A stretch of DNA of 64,000 nt from the human T2T-CHM13v2.0 reference genome, Homo sapiens. The stretch is from assembly GCF_009914755.1 (NCBI RefSeq), contig NC_060928.1. The stretch is one strand, 5' to 3'. The notes under the pieces are model-generated. The model worked only from the letters and a program-made list of their open reading frames with translations. It was not told the origin of the DNA and did no database searches. The translations under genes and the position numbers were made by a program. Each line of letters begins with the position of its first letter. The first letter of the stretch is position 1. Shown here one piece after another: positions 1 through 11,879 of this stretch.

Positions 1-299
1 AGGGCTAACCTATCCTTAAGAAACAGACACTTATTTGACAGATGACTTTAACTTAAAGATTCTCCAATGGCCTTATCATGCCTATCTTAGAATTTCAATG
101 TAGTCTAAATGCGTCCTTCCAAACTACCTTCCTTCCGCCTCTCCTGCATTCAGGCTCAGACCTACATCATGGTTTGACAGCTCTACCAGCATCTCCCGGC
201 TTCCTCCCCATTTGCTATCGCAAGTATTTTTCCCTAATAAATTTATTACACATCTAATTATGACTTGGTAACTGCTTCTCTCAGAATCTAGATTACCAT

Positions 300-826
300 A
301 AAATGAAGAGATTTACATAATTAAAACTTAGAAGCTTTAAGGAGAGGCCACATGGAGTTGGAACTCAGACCTCTAAGGAAGAGATGCTGCTCGACTTATG
401 ATGATGGCTCTGAGCTGAGAGGAGAAACCCCATGATGCTTCGACCTGTATCTCTAAGCAGGGGCAGAAGCACACAGGGAGTTGTATCTCAGGGGGCTTAT
501 TGAGGCAGGTTCTGCAGGTGTGTGAAGAACTACGAACAGGATTTCACTGATGCTATGGGATGAATTTTTGCTGCCAGGGTGAAGAATTATTGCTAGAGTG
601 ATATTCACAGAAAGAGAAAGGTGACAATAAGCCACCAGAAGGAAACATCAGGGACCTGCTCTCTCCTCCAGCCCCGTATCTCCCTCTTGCACTTGGTATA
701 GACACAGCCTAAGACCATCTGGCAAAGCAGAAATATGGTTTGTAGAGTCCCTGTCCTCATGATTATAAAGCAGAGTATAGAAGGGTGAACTTGGAGTTGA
801 GAAACAATAACTTAATAACAGGCACA
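300..826 (-). mobile_element. ERVL solo LTR, LTR33/LTR33A-like
   Basis: Reverse complement starts TGTGCCTGTTATTAAGTTATTGTTTCTCAACTCCAAGTTCACCCTTCTATACTCTGCTTT, matching the recalled LTR33 5' end. Left boundary is approximate. Confidence 0.65.
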
Positions 827-898
827 TGCACCCACACATCAAATGGATATGCTAGAGTAATTTGGATATGCCATCCATGTTGGACTTGATGTGTTCAG

Positions 899-1216
899 TT
901 TTTGTTTTTTTTTTTTTTTTTTTTTTTGAGACGGCCTCACTCTGTCGCCCAGACTGGAGTACAGTGGCACAATCTCGGCTCACGGCAACCTCTGCCTCCC
1001 AGGTTCAAGCAGTTCTCAAGATTCTCCTGCCTCAGCCTCCTGAGTAGCTGGGATTAAAAACATGTGCCACCACGCCCTCCTAATTTTTGTAGTTTTAGTG
1101 GAGATGGAGTTTCACCACATTGGCCTGCCTGGTCCCGAACTCCTGACCTCAAGTGATCCACCCACCTCAGCCTTCCAAATTGTTGGGTTTACAGGCGTGA
1201 GCCACCACACCCAGCC
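899..1216 (-). mobile_element. Alu SINE (AluS-type)
   Basis: Poly-T followed by GAGACGG...CCAGCC, full dimer. TSD TGTGTTCAG on both sides. Confidence 0.97.
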
Positions 1217-1684
1217 TGTGTTCAGCCTTGTATACTCATGTAAATGCTAGTCTTTATTTTTTATTTATCTACGCTCCTGTATAAATATAGTATATTATAT
1301 CATTTAGTACTTAAAAATTTCTGCCTCCGAAGGCATCATAGAGTTAAGCTTTTTCTATTGCCAGAATTTACATTCCTTGTTTTTTAAGAAATAGCAGCAG
1401 TTTTTTTTCCTGGGAAGTATATGTTGAATACAATGGCAATTCTAGAGAATAGTCACATTTTGCTTTTCTTAAGAGGTTGATGTTTTAAAATAATATTAAA
1501 CACAATGCCTGAAACATATTATGGGATTAATAAATGCATGCTATACAGATTAATAATATTATAGACATCCTATTTTGGTATGTAGCAAAATAATAATTCA
1601 AAATTACTAATATTTCTTAATTTTTACGATGTTCCACACACTGTACGATGAATGACTTATTCTTTTAACTGATGTTGATTACAT

Positions 1685-2050
1685 AGTTCAGTTTATTCAC
1701 TGCATATGCCACTGTGTTAGAATAGATAATATTGCAGACATGGTCTTTTGCCATTTTATAGCATATAGTTTCCAAGGAAAGAAATCCATTAAACAACTGC
1801 TCTAAAATTAAGTTCAAATATTTTCACTGAAGGAAGGGATGGGGCCAAAAGGAAAACTAGTGGAATATTACACAATCTGGAATGTATGAGGATATTATTT
1901 GAGGAAATTGAAATTTACTCCGGGACCTGAAGGGGGAGTAGTTTTGGTTAGGGAAAGGAGAAGAAATGAAGATAAAGATATTGCCAAAGAAATGGAGCAG
2001 TGTGGGTCGATGCTTCCTGGCAAGAATGAGCAGGGAGCATGTGGTAGAAG
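1685..2050 (-). mobile_element. Degraded L2 LINE fragments
   Basis: L2 3'-like words (gtttattcac...tgccactgtgttag...gacatggtc), highly diverged. Confidence 0.35.
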
Positions 2051-2739
2051 CACCTCACCCACATCATCTTGCTTCCAGACCATTGTCTGAAGCAGGCACG
2101 TTTATTTGCTAATCATTTCCCTTTTTAGAAGACTCATAGAGGACAAAAGACTCAGTAATTTGCATAAGGCCATAGAGATAGCAAATTGTGGGCTGAATTT
2201 GAATGCAGGAATAAAAAGCCCACATTTTCATCTATTAAGAAGAGACCGCCTTCTGTTGTAACATGTTTTAGAGGGTGGTTCCGTGAGCAGAACACAGGAT
2301 GAATTGCCTTCCGAACTACATCAACAGTTAATAAATACTTGAAACTCATGTTTGTGATTCTGGTGCAGTAGGTTTGTAACTAAATATTCAAAGAATTTTC
2401 ATTTGCTCTTGATCCAATAAAAATTTAAAGAAGGACAAACCTGTATTTGTGAGGAAGATGCAACATACTATAAATTACTATTAAAAGCTTTCAGATGCAA
2501 AAATCTAAAGTTTGCAAATGATTAGTATTTTCCTTACAAAAGGACAGTATTTTAGTAAAAGTGGCATTTCCTACATATTTTTTTTTTCTGATATGTTAGA
2601 AAGACGCTCAACAAAGTATCTAAATTTTTAACAATTATCCAGATTGGAAATCTAGAGATTATTTTTAATAGCTCATTAATTAGGCTTTTGATTCTTGGCA
2701 CCATCACAAAACGGTGTTTTTTTCTATCTACAGTAACAA

Positions 2740-2830
2740 TGAGGTTCTGTTTTCTTCATCTGGAAAACTGAGGTAATAATACCAACTTTATAAGCTATTT
2801 AGAGGATTAGGGAATATATATGTGCATGGA
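2740..2830 (+). mobile_element. MIR SINE core fragment
   Basis: ctgttttcttcatctggaaaactgaggtaataatacc...gaggatta resembles the MIR core. Confidence 0.6.
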
Positions 2831-2970
2831 AACTACTATTCAAGAAAGAATAAGAGTAGGACAGCAGAAGAGGTGGATAGAATATCACTCATGAAGCTCA
2901 GATGTAAGAAAGATTCCAGTGCTCTTAACACATTTCACAATTAACGTTTTACAACAGTCATCAGTGCTTT

Positions 2971-3541
2971 TGTCAGAGGCGCGTGAACCAGAGCAATTCC
3001 ATCTTAAACAGAAGCTGGGTAAAATGAGGCTGAAACCTACTGAGCTGCATTCCTAGACGGTTAAGGCATTCTAAGTCACAGGATGAGACAGGAGGTCAGC
3101 ACAAAATACAGGTCATAAAGACCTTGCTGATAAAACAGTTTGCAGTAAAGGAGCCGGCCAAAACCCACCAAAACCACCAAAACCCACCAAAACTCTATGG
3201 CCATCAGAGTACCTCTGGTTGTCCTCACTGCTGCAGTCCCACCAGGGCCATGACAGTTTAGAGATGCCATAGCAATGTCCAGAAGTTACCCAATATGTTC
3301 TAAAAAGGGGAGGCATGAATAATCTACCCCTTGTTGAGCATATCATCAAGAAATAACCATAAAAATGGGCAACCAGCAGCCCTTGGGGCTGCTCTGTCTG
3401 TGGAGTAGCCATTCTTTTATTCCTTTACTGTCTTAATAAACTTCCTTTCACTTTGCACTGTGGACTCGCCCTGAATTCTTTCTTGTGCAAGATCCAAGAA
3501 CTTTCTCTTGGGATCTGGATTGGGACCCCTTTCCAGTAACC
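2971..3541 (+). mobile_element. MER41A solo LTR (ERV1)
   Basis: TGTCAGAGGCGCGTGAACCAGAGCAA...GGGACCCCTTTCCAGTAAC, internal AATAAA, 4-bp TSD CTTT (2967-2970 and 3542-3545). Confidence 0.92.
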
Positions 3542-4677
3542 CTTTGAGGTAGAAATAATGTTAAAGGTCAAGTAACAGTCCCATCTTTGGTGCCTTCCTG
3601 AGGAGGCTGTTTTAATGGGGAATGAAAGTGGAATCCGAATTCATTCAATTGCACAGTGCTTTAGTGGAAGAAATGTAATAATTATTCTAAATATACAGTA
3701 AGTGAAATGGCCAGGAAGTATGGAGCTGTGGTAACAAGAGAATTCAGCATTGGTTAAAGGGGGGATATTTTTTGTTGTTGTTTGTTTCATATGTTTTTAA
3801 ATACAAAAATGTATTCAAGTTATACAATTGAGTATGTTTGTATTCTAAGGGGAAGGATTGGATTATCAATAGACGAACCTAGGTTTGGAAGGAAGAGTAG
3901 GTAGAAACTACAACTCAAAACACAGATAAAAGAATGAGTCAGAATAGTAAATTGCCAAGACAGCACATTCTTTGCAAATGGGATGGACTAGAAATCATAT
4001 TCATTTGCATCAGCCTAAATAGTGTTCTTTTGTAATTATACACTGAATCCGTTTTTCTGAAGACCCTGGAGGTCAAATCAAAGCAAAGATTACAGGGTCA
4101 AACTGCTTTCACAGCTCGTTCCATTTATACTTCTGAGTCATTCAGGAATGTGTTATCATGCAGCATTTGTGTGACTGAATAGGTGTAAATTCCAAGCTGA
4201 TACTTACACATAGTTGATATTATGTCAAAGATGTGTCAAAAATTCTAGTCAAGAAGTATTTTCACCCTTAGTTATGATCTTTTTTTTGTTTTGGATTTTT
4301 GTACTTTACATCAGGTATGAACGTCAGTTAACTCTGCCTTTGAAATCTTCAGATACGCACCCACATAGGCAGAATTTTATTTTCAAAAAAGTCCACTGAT
4401 TGATGTGCACTTAATCAGTAGCTGAGGTGGTACTTTAGTCACCGGATAGGAGTCTTCATGAATTTAGTTCTTTACCATCCAATAATGGGTCTATCCTTTG
4501 TTTTCACTAGAGATGAAATTTTCCTGGGTTATCCAGTATCACAGCTGATCCCTCTTAACAATTAGGATCTGATGTTCTTTTCTTGGCCATAGGACTTACT
4601 CATTCTCACAGTCCAGCCTGGACTTGTCAACTCTGGCGGCTTAATGTGATTAATTAGGGATAGTTAAGATCATTACC

Positions 4678-4725
4678 TCTATTAGTCATGGTTCCCCAGA
4701 GAAACAGAACCAATAAGATACTATA
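4678..4725 (-). mobile_element. MLT2 LTR terminal fragment (ERVL)
   Basis: tattagtcatggttccccagagaaacagaaccaataagata matches the reverse-complemented MLT2 3' terminus. Confidence 0.65.
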
Positions 4726-4727
4726 TG

Positions 4728-6425
4728 CAGGCATACCCTGTTTTATTATACTTTGCTTTACTGTGCTTTGCAGATACTGTGTTTGTCGCAAATTGAAAGT
4801 TTGTGGCAACCCTCCATCAAGCAAGTCTATCAGCACCACTGCATCATTTTTCCAACAGCATGTGCTCACTTCATGTCTCGGTGTCATCATTTTGGTAATA
4901 CAATATTTCATTTTTTTCATTATTGTACTGATTATGGTTATCTGTGATCAGTGATATTTGCTGTGACATTTTAATTGTTTTGTGGTGCCACGAACCATGC
5001 CCTTGTAAGACAGTGAACATAATTAATAAATGTTGCTTGTGTTCTGACTGCTTCACTGACTGGCAGTTCCCCTGTTCTTCTCCCTCATCTTGGAAGTCCT
5101 TATTCCCTGAGACACAAGAATATTGGAATTGGTCAATTAACAACCCTGTTGATGGCTTCTAGGTGTTCAAGTGAAAGGAAAAGTCCCATATCTCTCATTT
5201 TTAATCAAAACAAAGCAATGATTAAACAAAGAAAGACATGTCAAAAGCTGAGATAGGCCAAATGATAGGCCTCTTGTACCAAACAGCCAAGTGTGAAGGC
5301 AAAGGAAAGTTATTGACGGAAATAAAATATGCTACTTCAGTGAACACATGAATGATAAGAAAGCAAAACAGTCTTATTACTGATATGGAGAAAGTTTGGT
5401 CTGGATGAAGATCAAACCTCCACAACATTCTCTTGTGCCAAAATCTAAGCCATAGCATGGCCCTAACTCTCTTCCATTCTATAAAGGCTGAGAGGGGTGA
5501 GGAAGCTCCAGAAAAAAAAGCTGGAAGCTAGCAGAGGTTGATTCATGAGGTTTGAGGAAAGAAACCATCCCTACAACCTAAAATTGCACGGTGAAGCAGC
5601 AAGTGCTGATGAAGAAGCTGCAGCAAGTTATCCAGAAAAATCTAACTAAGATCACTGAAGATGGCTGTGCTAAACAACAGATTTTGAATATAGATAAAAC
5701 GGCCTTCTATTAGAAGAACATACCATCTAGGACTTTTATAGCTGGAGAGGAGAAATCAACGCTTGGCTTCAAAGCTTCAAAGGACAGGTTGACTCTCTTG
5801 ACAGGGGCTAATGCAGCTGGTGTTTATGTTGAAACCAATGCTCAATTATCATTTGGATAATCCAAGAGCCCTTAAGAATTATGCTAAATCTATTCTGCCC
5901 GTGCTCTATAAATGGAATAACAAAGCCTGGGGAACAGCACATTTGTTTACATCGTGGTTGACTAAATATTTTGTGTCCTGTTGAGACCTATTGCTCAAAA
6001 GATGAAAGATTTCTTTTTAAAATATGACCGCTTATTGATGATTCATCTGTCAGCCAAGAGCTCTGATGGAGATGTATGAGGAGCTTAATGTTTTCATGCC
6101 TGCTAACACAGAATCCATTCTTCAGCCTTTGGATCAAGGAGTAATTCTGAATTTCCAGTCTTATAATTTAAGAAATACATTTTATAAGGCTATAGCTTAT
6201 GCAGATATGACTCCTCTGGTGGAATTGGGCTATGTAAATTGAAAACCTTCAGGAAAGAATTCACCATTCCAGATACCATTAAGAACATTCATGATTTATG
6301 GAAGGAGGTCAAAACATGAATATTTATAGGAGTTTTGAAAAAGTTGATTACAACCCTCATAGATGACTTTGAGGGGTTTAAGACTTCAGTGGAGGAAACA
6401 ACTGAAGATGAGGTGGAAATAACAG
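4728..6425 (+). mobile_element. Tigger1 DNA transposon (TcMar-Tigger), 3'-truncated
   Basis: Left TIR CAGGCATACC, then collinear Tigger1 sequence. Right TIR is absent. Confidence 0.93.
5152..6425 (+). pseudogene. Decayed Tigger1 pogo-like DDE transposase
   Basis: Starts ATGGCTTCTAGGTGTTCAAGTGAAAGGAAA (MASRCSSERK). Catalytic-motif remnants NIDKT (~5690) and LQPLDQGVI (~6120-6146). Many stops and frameshifts. Confidence 0.8.
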
Positions 6426-6517
6426 ATCATAGAATGAGAAGCCCTCCTAGGGATAATTATTATTCACATGATTGCTTTTCAGATAAACCAACACTAATGT
6501 TTTTTAAAAGTGAGTTA

Positions 6518-6827
6518 GGTTGCTGGGTGGTGGCTCACGCTTGTAATCCTAGCACTGTGGGAGGCTGAGGCAGGAGGATTGCTTGAACCAAGGTATTCAA
6601 GAAGAGCATGGGCAACATGATGAGACCCTCGTCTCTACCAAAAATTTAAAAATTAGCTGGGCAGGGCATGATGATGCACATCCCTAATCCCAGCTACTTG
6701 AGGGCTTGAGGTGGCAGGATCACTTGAACCCAGGAACATTGAGGCTGCAGTGAGCTATGATCTTGCCACTGCACTCCATACTGCATGACAGAGCAAGACC
6801 CTGTCTCTTAGAAAAAAGAAAAAAAAT
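6518..6827 (+). mobile_element. Alu SINE (AluJ)
   Basis: AluJ features (ggaggattgcttgaacc, gaggctgcagtgagctatgat), A-tail, degenerate TSD AAAGTGAGTTA/ATAGTGAGCTA. Confidence 0.93.
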
Positions 6828-8432
6828 AGTGAGCTACATTTCTTTCCTTCTCAGTGACCTGAAGGGTACTCTAGCTATTGACAGTCTTTACTCTCTTCAG
6901 TTTGCTGGAGGTAACTGATTTCATTCAGTTCCTAATACCATATAAATTATAGTTTCAATAAAAATTAATTCCCATCCCTGAGGAGTGCTTACCTACTCGG
7001 GAAATACTATTTTTTTTTTTATACAAGTGTGTGAGTTCTTCCCCTTTAAGATTTTTCATAGGGGCAGCATTCCCTAAAAGTAAGGAATTTTCAGGCAAGT
7101 GGGTATGAGTTGAACTCTCATTTTACTATTTCAAACTGAATGAGAGTAAGCCAGCAATTCAGGTTTTTTTCATCAAGACAATAGAAAGAATTTTACCTTT
7201 CTTACAGAAACTGGTTATGTTTAATTACATATCATGTGTAAAGAAATTGTCAAGTAGCGAATTCTTATTTAACTCTCCTAAGCCTCATATAAAGGAAAAA
7301 CAAAACTATCCTTCTCTAATCATTTTAGTACCTCAGAATGTCTGGAATACGTTGTTTTTGATTTTGTGGGGATGATTTATATTGCCATGATTTGTTTTTG
7401 GATGGTTTTCTGGCAGCACAGCTAGGCCAAAGCAGCATAATGGCCACAATGGTATAATTTATCTTGCAGAACATATCAAGCACATCTAGAGAAAACAGAG
7501 ATAAGAAAAATGGATCCTTTTTCTGCAACACGAATCTTATGTAAATTAGGATAAAAAATGGACACATTTAAAAACGCTGAATTAAATGAACTAGATGGCA
7601 GGATCTTTAGATCACAGTTAAAAGAAAGAGGAACAATTTATATATATTCTATAAATAGCAATAGCAACATGATGTGGCAAATAACATCAGATAATTTTGG
7701 ATGATGAATTGACTTTTCCTTATCACACACTAACTGGAAAAAGCAAATAATCTTTTGACAGAAACTAAGAAGAGAATTCTTGTCAAAGAAGGTTGGCCCT
7801 GCAGCAGTTAAAGCCAAGTTGGAGTAGATGTAGCTGTACAAATATAAATAAATGAGTAAAAGTTAAAAGCATCTAGAATGCCTTTTACATAGGAACAAGG
7901 ACATCATGTTCTGGGAAGCCACATATTTTAGCAATATAACCCTTTATTATGAAATGTACAGAGTATGAACTCAGATCTGTCACTATTTTATTAAAACTGA
8001 TTCCAAGTAAATCAAGGGAAACCAAAAACTTATGTAGGGATTATTTTTTAAAGTAGGAAATTTGTACATTTAGCAAACATTATGTTTTTTGTTGTTATTG
8101 TTGTTGTTTTTAATTTTAGCCTCATTGTTGGCCTTTTTAGTTTCAAAAAAACTAAACTTTTTTAGGAACTCAAATATCATTCAGCAACACCATCATCAAT
8201 AATAGGATTCCAAGAAAATATGTAAAACATGTATAAAGTGGTGGTTTTACCTACTATTTTAAATTTTTCAGTTCTATACTTTTCACCTAAATTCTTGTGG
8301 AAGAAAAATACTCCAGTTAGATATCTAAATGGTGGAACAGCATAACATAAAATATGAGGCAACTGCAGGGAATACATTTGTGTAACTAATAATGAGAAGT
8401 GGCAAAATACAATAATTTTGCTTAAAACATTG

Positions 8433-8498
8433 ATTTTATCAAGAGAAGACTAATTTATTGGGATAATTTTATCAGGAGAAGACTGATTTATTGGGATA
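8433..8498. repeat. 33-bp tandem duplication
   Basis: attttatcaagagaagactaatttattgggata repeated twice with 2 mismatches. Confidence 0.85.
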
Positions 8499-8545
8499 AA
8501 AGGAAAACCTGGGATAAAAGTTAGCTAAACTTGCATTAATTTCTT

Positions 8546-8851
8546 TCTTTCTTTTTTTTTTTTTTTTTTTTTCAAAGAGAGAGTCTCACTCTGTCACCCA
8601 GGATGAAGGGCAGTGGTGTGATGTGCAACCTTTGCCTCCCGGGTTCAAGCAATTCTCCCTGCCTCAGCCTCCCAAGTAGCTGGGACTACAGGTGGCCGCC
8701 ACCATGCCTGGCTAATTTTTATATAATTTTTAGTAGAGATGGGGTTTCACCATGTTGGCTAGCCTGGTCTCGAACTCCTGACCTCAGGTGATCCACCCAC
8801 TGCAGCCTCCCAAAGTGCTGGGATTACAGGTGTGAGCCACCGCACCCGGCC
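8546..8851 (-). mobile_element. Alu SINE (AluSx-like)
   Basis: Poly-T plus dimer, TSD CATTAATTTCTT (8534-8545 and 8853-8864). Confidence 0.96.
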
Positions 8852-8914
8852 ACATTAATTTCTTAAATGCTAAAATGTCTCTAGAACTGTACAAAGATCT
8901 ACATTTTAAGGAAA

Positions 8915-9239
8915 AATTTTCATTGAAGTATTAGCATAAAGTACACAAATCTTAAATGTACAACTCAAAGAATTTTTACAGATAATTTTATCCTAGTAAC
9001 CTACACTGTGATAAAAACAAATTACACTACAGAACCCTTCTTTGTGCTCTCCTCCAGTCATCACCCTCAAAAGTAACCTCCTTTCTGACTTTTATAATCA
9101 TAATTTGGTTTTGTCTTCCATGTAAATGGAATTTGGGAGACTTATTTTCTACTGTATCTGGTTTATTTTTCTTAACACTGTGTCTGTGATATTCATGCAT
9201 TATATTGTGAGTAGTAGTTCATTTTTATTGATGCATAGT
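8915..9239 (-). mobile_element. Old L1M (L1MD/L1ME-like) 3' end
   Basis: aagtacacaaatcttaaatgtaca...tagtagttcatttttattg is typical antisense old L1 3' UTR. Confidence 0.6.
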
Positions 9240-9630
9240 TGATATAGTTTGGATAATTTTCTCTTCAATCTCATGTTGAAACATGATCTCCAGTGTTGGA
9301 GGTGGGGCCTAGTGGGAGGTGATTGAAACATGGGGAAGGAATTCTCATGAGTTGGTTCTGTCTTCGTGACAGTGAGTGTGTTCTCATGAGATCTAGGTGT
9401 TTAAAAGTTGGTGATGCCTTTTCTCCCTCTCTCATTCCCACTTTCACTTTCGCTTCTGTTTTTCCTTTCATCATGAATAAAAGCTCCCTGGATCCTTCCC
9501 AGAAACCAAGCAAATGCTGGCACCATGCTTCTTGTAAAACCTGCAGAACGGCGAGCCAATTAAACCTCTTTTCTTTGTAGATTATCCAGCCTCAGGTATT
9601 TCTTTACAGTAATGCAAAAAATGACCTAAT
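9240..9630 (+). mobile_element. MSTB-like MaLR solo LTR
   Basis: TGATATAGTTTGG...ggaggtggggcctagtgggaggtgattg...ccagcctcaggtatttcttta...ctaat. Confidence 0.85.
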
Positions 9631-9641
9631 ATTTCATTGTA

Positions 9642-9893
9642 CAGTAGGCCCCCAAATGTCATTTTGGTCAACAGCTTTTTCTTATAACATTGATGAGGAA
9701 AAAATAAAATAAAACATTCCTGGTGAGGCCACTGTCTGTGTGTTAGCAAATTCTTTCCGTATCTGCCTGGGTTTTCTCTGGACACTCCAGTTTCCCAAAG
9801 CTGTGCACATTAGATGAACTGGTGTGTCTCCGGGGTCCTAGTGAGAGTGTATGTATGTGTGTGTGTGCCCTGTGATGGGGTGGTGCCCATTGC
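9642..9893 (+). mobile_element. MER6 DNA transposon fragment (5' part)
   Basis: TA followed by CAGTAGG...ataacattgatgag...ggccactgtctgtgtg...gggttttctctggacactccagtttc, matching MER6. Cut off by an L1. Confidence 0.8.
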
Positions 9894-11878
9894 AAATATC
9901 TAGGAATTAACCAAAGAAGTGAAAGATCTCTACAATAAAAACTATAAAACATTGATGCAAGAAATTGAAGAAGACACCAAAAAATGGAAAGATGATAGTC
10001 CATGTTCATGGAATGTAAAATTTGATATTATTAAAATATCCATATTACCCAAAGCAATCTACAGATTCAATGCAATATCTATCAAAATACCAATGACATT
10101 CTTCACAGAAATAGAAAAAAAATCCTAAAGTTTTTATGGATCCATCAAAGACCCAGAAAAGCCAAAGCTATCCTGAGCAAAAAGAACAAAACTGGAAGAA
10201 TCACATTACCTGACTTCAAATTATACCACAGAGCTATAGTGACCAAAACAGCATGGTCCAGGCATAAAAACAGACACATAGACCAATGGAACAGAATGGA
10301 GAACTCCAAAAAATATATATATATATATCCATACACCTACAGTGAACTCATTTTTTACAAAGGTGCCAAGAACATACAGTGGAGAAAACAGTTTCTTCAT
10401 GGATGGTGCTGGGAGAACTGGATATCTATATGTAAAATAATGAAACTAGGCCCCTATCTCTTACCACATACACAAATTAAATAAAAATGGATTAAAGATT
10501 ATTAAAGACATAAATCAAAGACCTCCAACTATGAAAATACTATAAGGAAGCATTGGAGAAGCTCCATAGAACATTGGTTTGGGCAAAAATTTCTTGAGTA
10601 ATACCCCACAAGCACAGGTAACCAAAGAGCAAATGGACAAATGGAACACATCAATTTGAAAAGCTTCTGCACAGCAAAGGATATAATCCACAAAGTGAAG
10701 AGATAATCCCCAGAATTGGAGAAAATAGTTACAAACTACTCATCTGACAAAGGATTGATAACCAGAATATATTAAGAGCTCAAACAACTCTCCAGGAAAA
10801 GAAAAAATCTAACAATCTGATTTTAAAGTGGGCAAAAAGTTTAAATAAACATTTCTCAAAAGAAGACATGCAAATGACAAACAGGCACATGAAAATGTGC
10901 TCAAAATCACTGATCATCAGAGAAATGCAACAGGCACATGAAAAGGTGCTCAAAATCATTGATCATCAGAGAAATGCAAATCAAAATTACAATGAGATAT
11001 CTCACCCCAGTTAAAGTGGCTTTTATCCAAAACTCAGGTAATAACAAAGGCCAGTGAGGATGTGGAGCAAAGGGAACCCTTGTACACTGTTGGTGAGAAT
11101 GTAAACTACACAGTCACTATGGAGAACAATTTGGAGATTCCTCAAAAAACTAAAACTAGAGCTATTATACAATCCAGCAATTCCACTCCTAGGTATGTAC
11201 CCAAAAGAAAGGAAATCAGTTTATCACAGAGATACCTGCACTCTCATGTTTGTTGCAGCATTATTCACAATAGCTAAGATTTGTGAGCATCCTAAGTGTC
11301 TATCAACAGACGAATGGATAAAGACAATGTGGTACATAAGTACAATGGAGTGCTATTCAGGTATAAAAAAGAATGAGATCCTGCCATTTGCAACAACATG
11401 GATGGAACTGGAGGTAATTATGTTAAGTGAAATAAGCCAGGCACAAGACGACAAACATTGTATGTTCTCACTTATTGGTGGAATGTAAAAAATTAAAACA
11501 ATTGAACTCATGGAGATAAAGAATAGAAGGATGGTTACCAGAGGATAGGAAGGGTAGTGGGTGGATTGAGGGCAGGTGAGGATGGTTAATGTGCACATAC
11601 ACACAAAATAGAATAAGACATAGTATTATTCATAACACAACAGGGGGACCTATAGTCATTAATAATTTAATTGCACATTTAAAAATAACTAAAAGTATAA
11701 TTGGATTGTTTGTAACACCAAGGATAAACGCTTGAGGGGATGGATACCCAATTTTTCATGATGTGATTATCTCACATTGTATGCCTGTATCAAAATATCA
11801 TGTGTGTCTCATAAATATATACACCTACTATGTACCAAAAATTTAAAAATAGAAAAATTAAAAAATTAAAAATAAAAG
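9894..11878 (+). mobile_element. L1 LINE, 5'-truncated (L1MA2/3-like), ORF2 3' half plus 3' UTR
   Basis: ORF track shows L1 ORF2 peptides ([43 protein letters not shown]). A-rich tail. Confidence 0.93.
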
Positions 11879-11879
11879 T

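Noticed and set aside
1008-1025. About 10 extra nt (agttctcaag) in an Alu
   Set aside because: Small local slippage duplication with no functional implication.
9919-11488. ORFs with reverse-transcriptase-associated peptides (also 28390-28489 and 35453-36225)
   Set aside because: These are fragmented L1 ORF2 remnants with stops and frameshifts, not host genes or a novel RT system.
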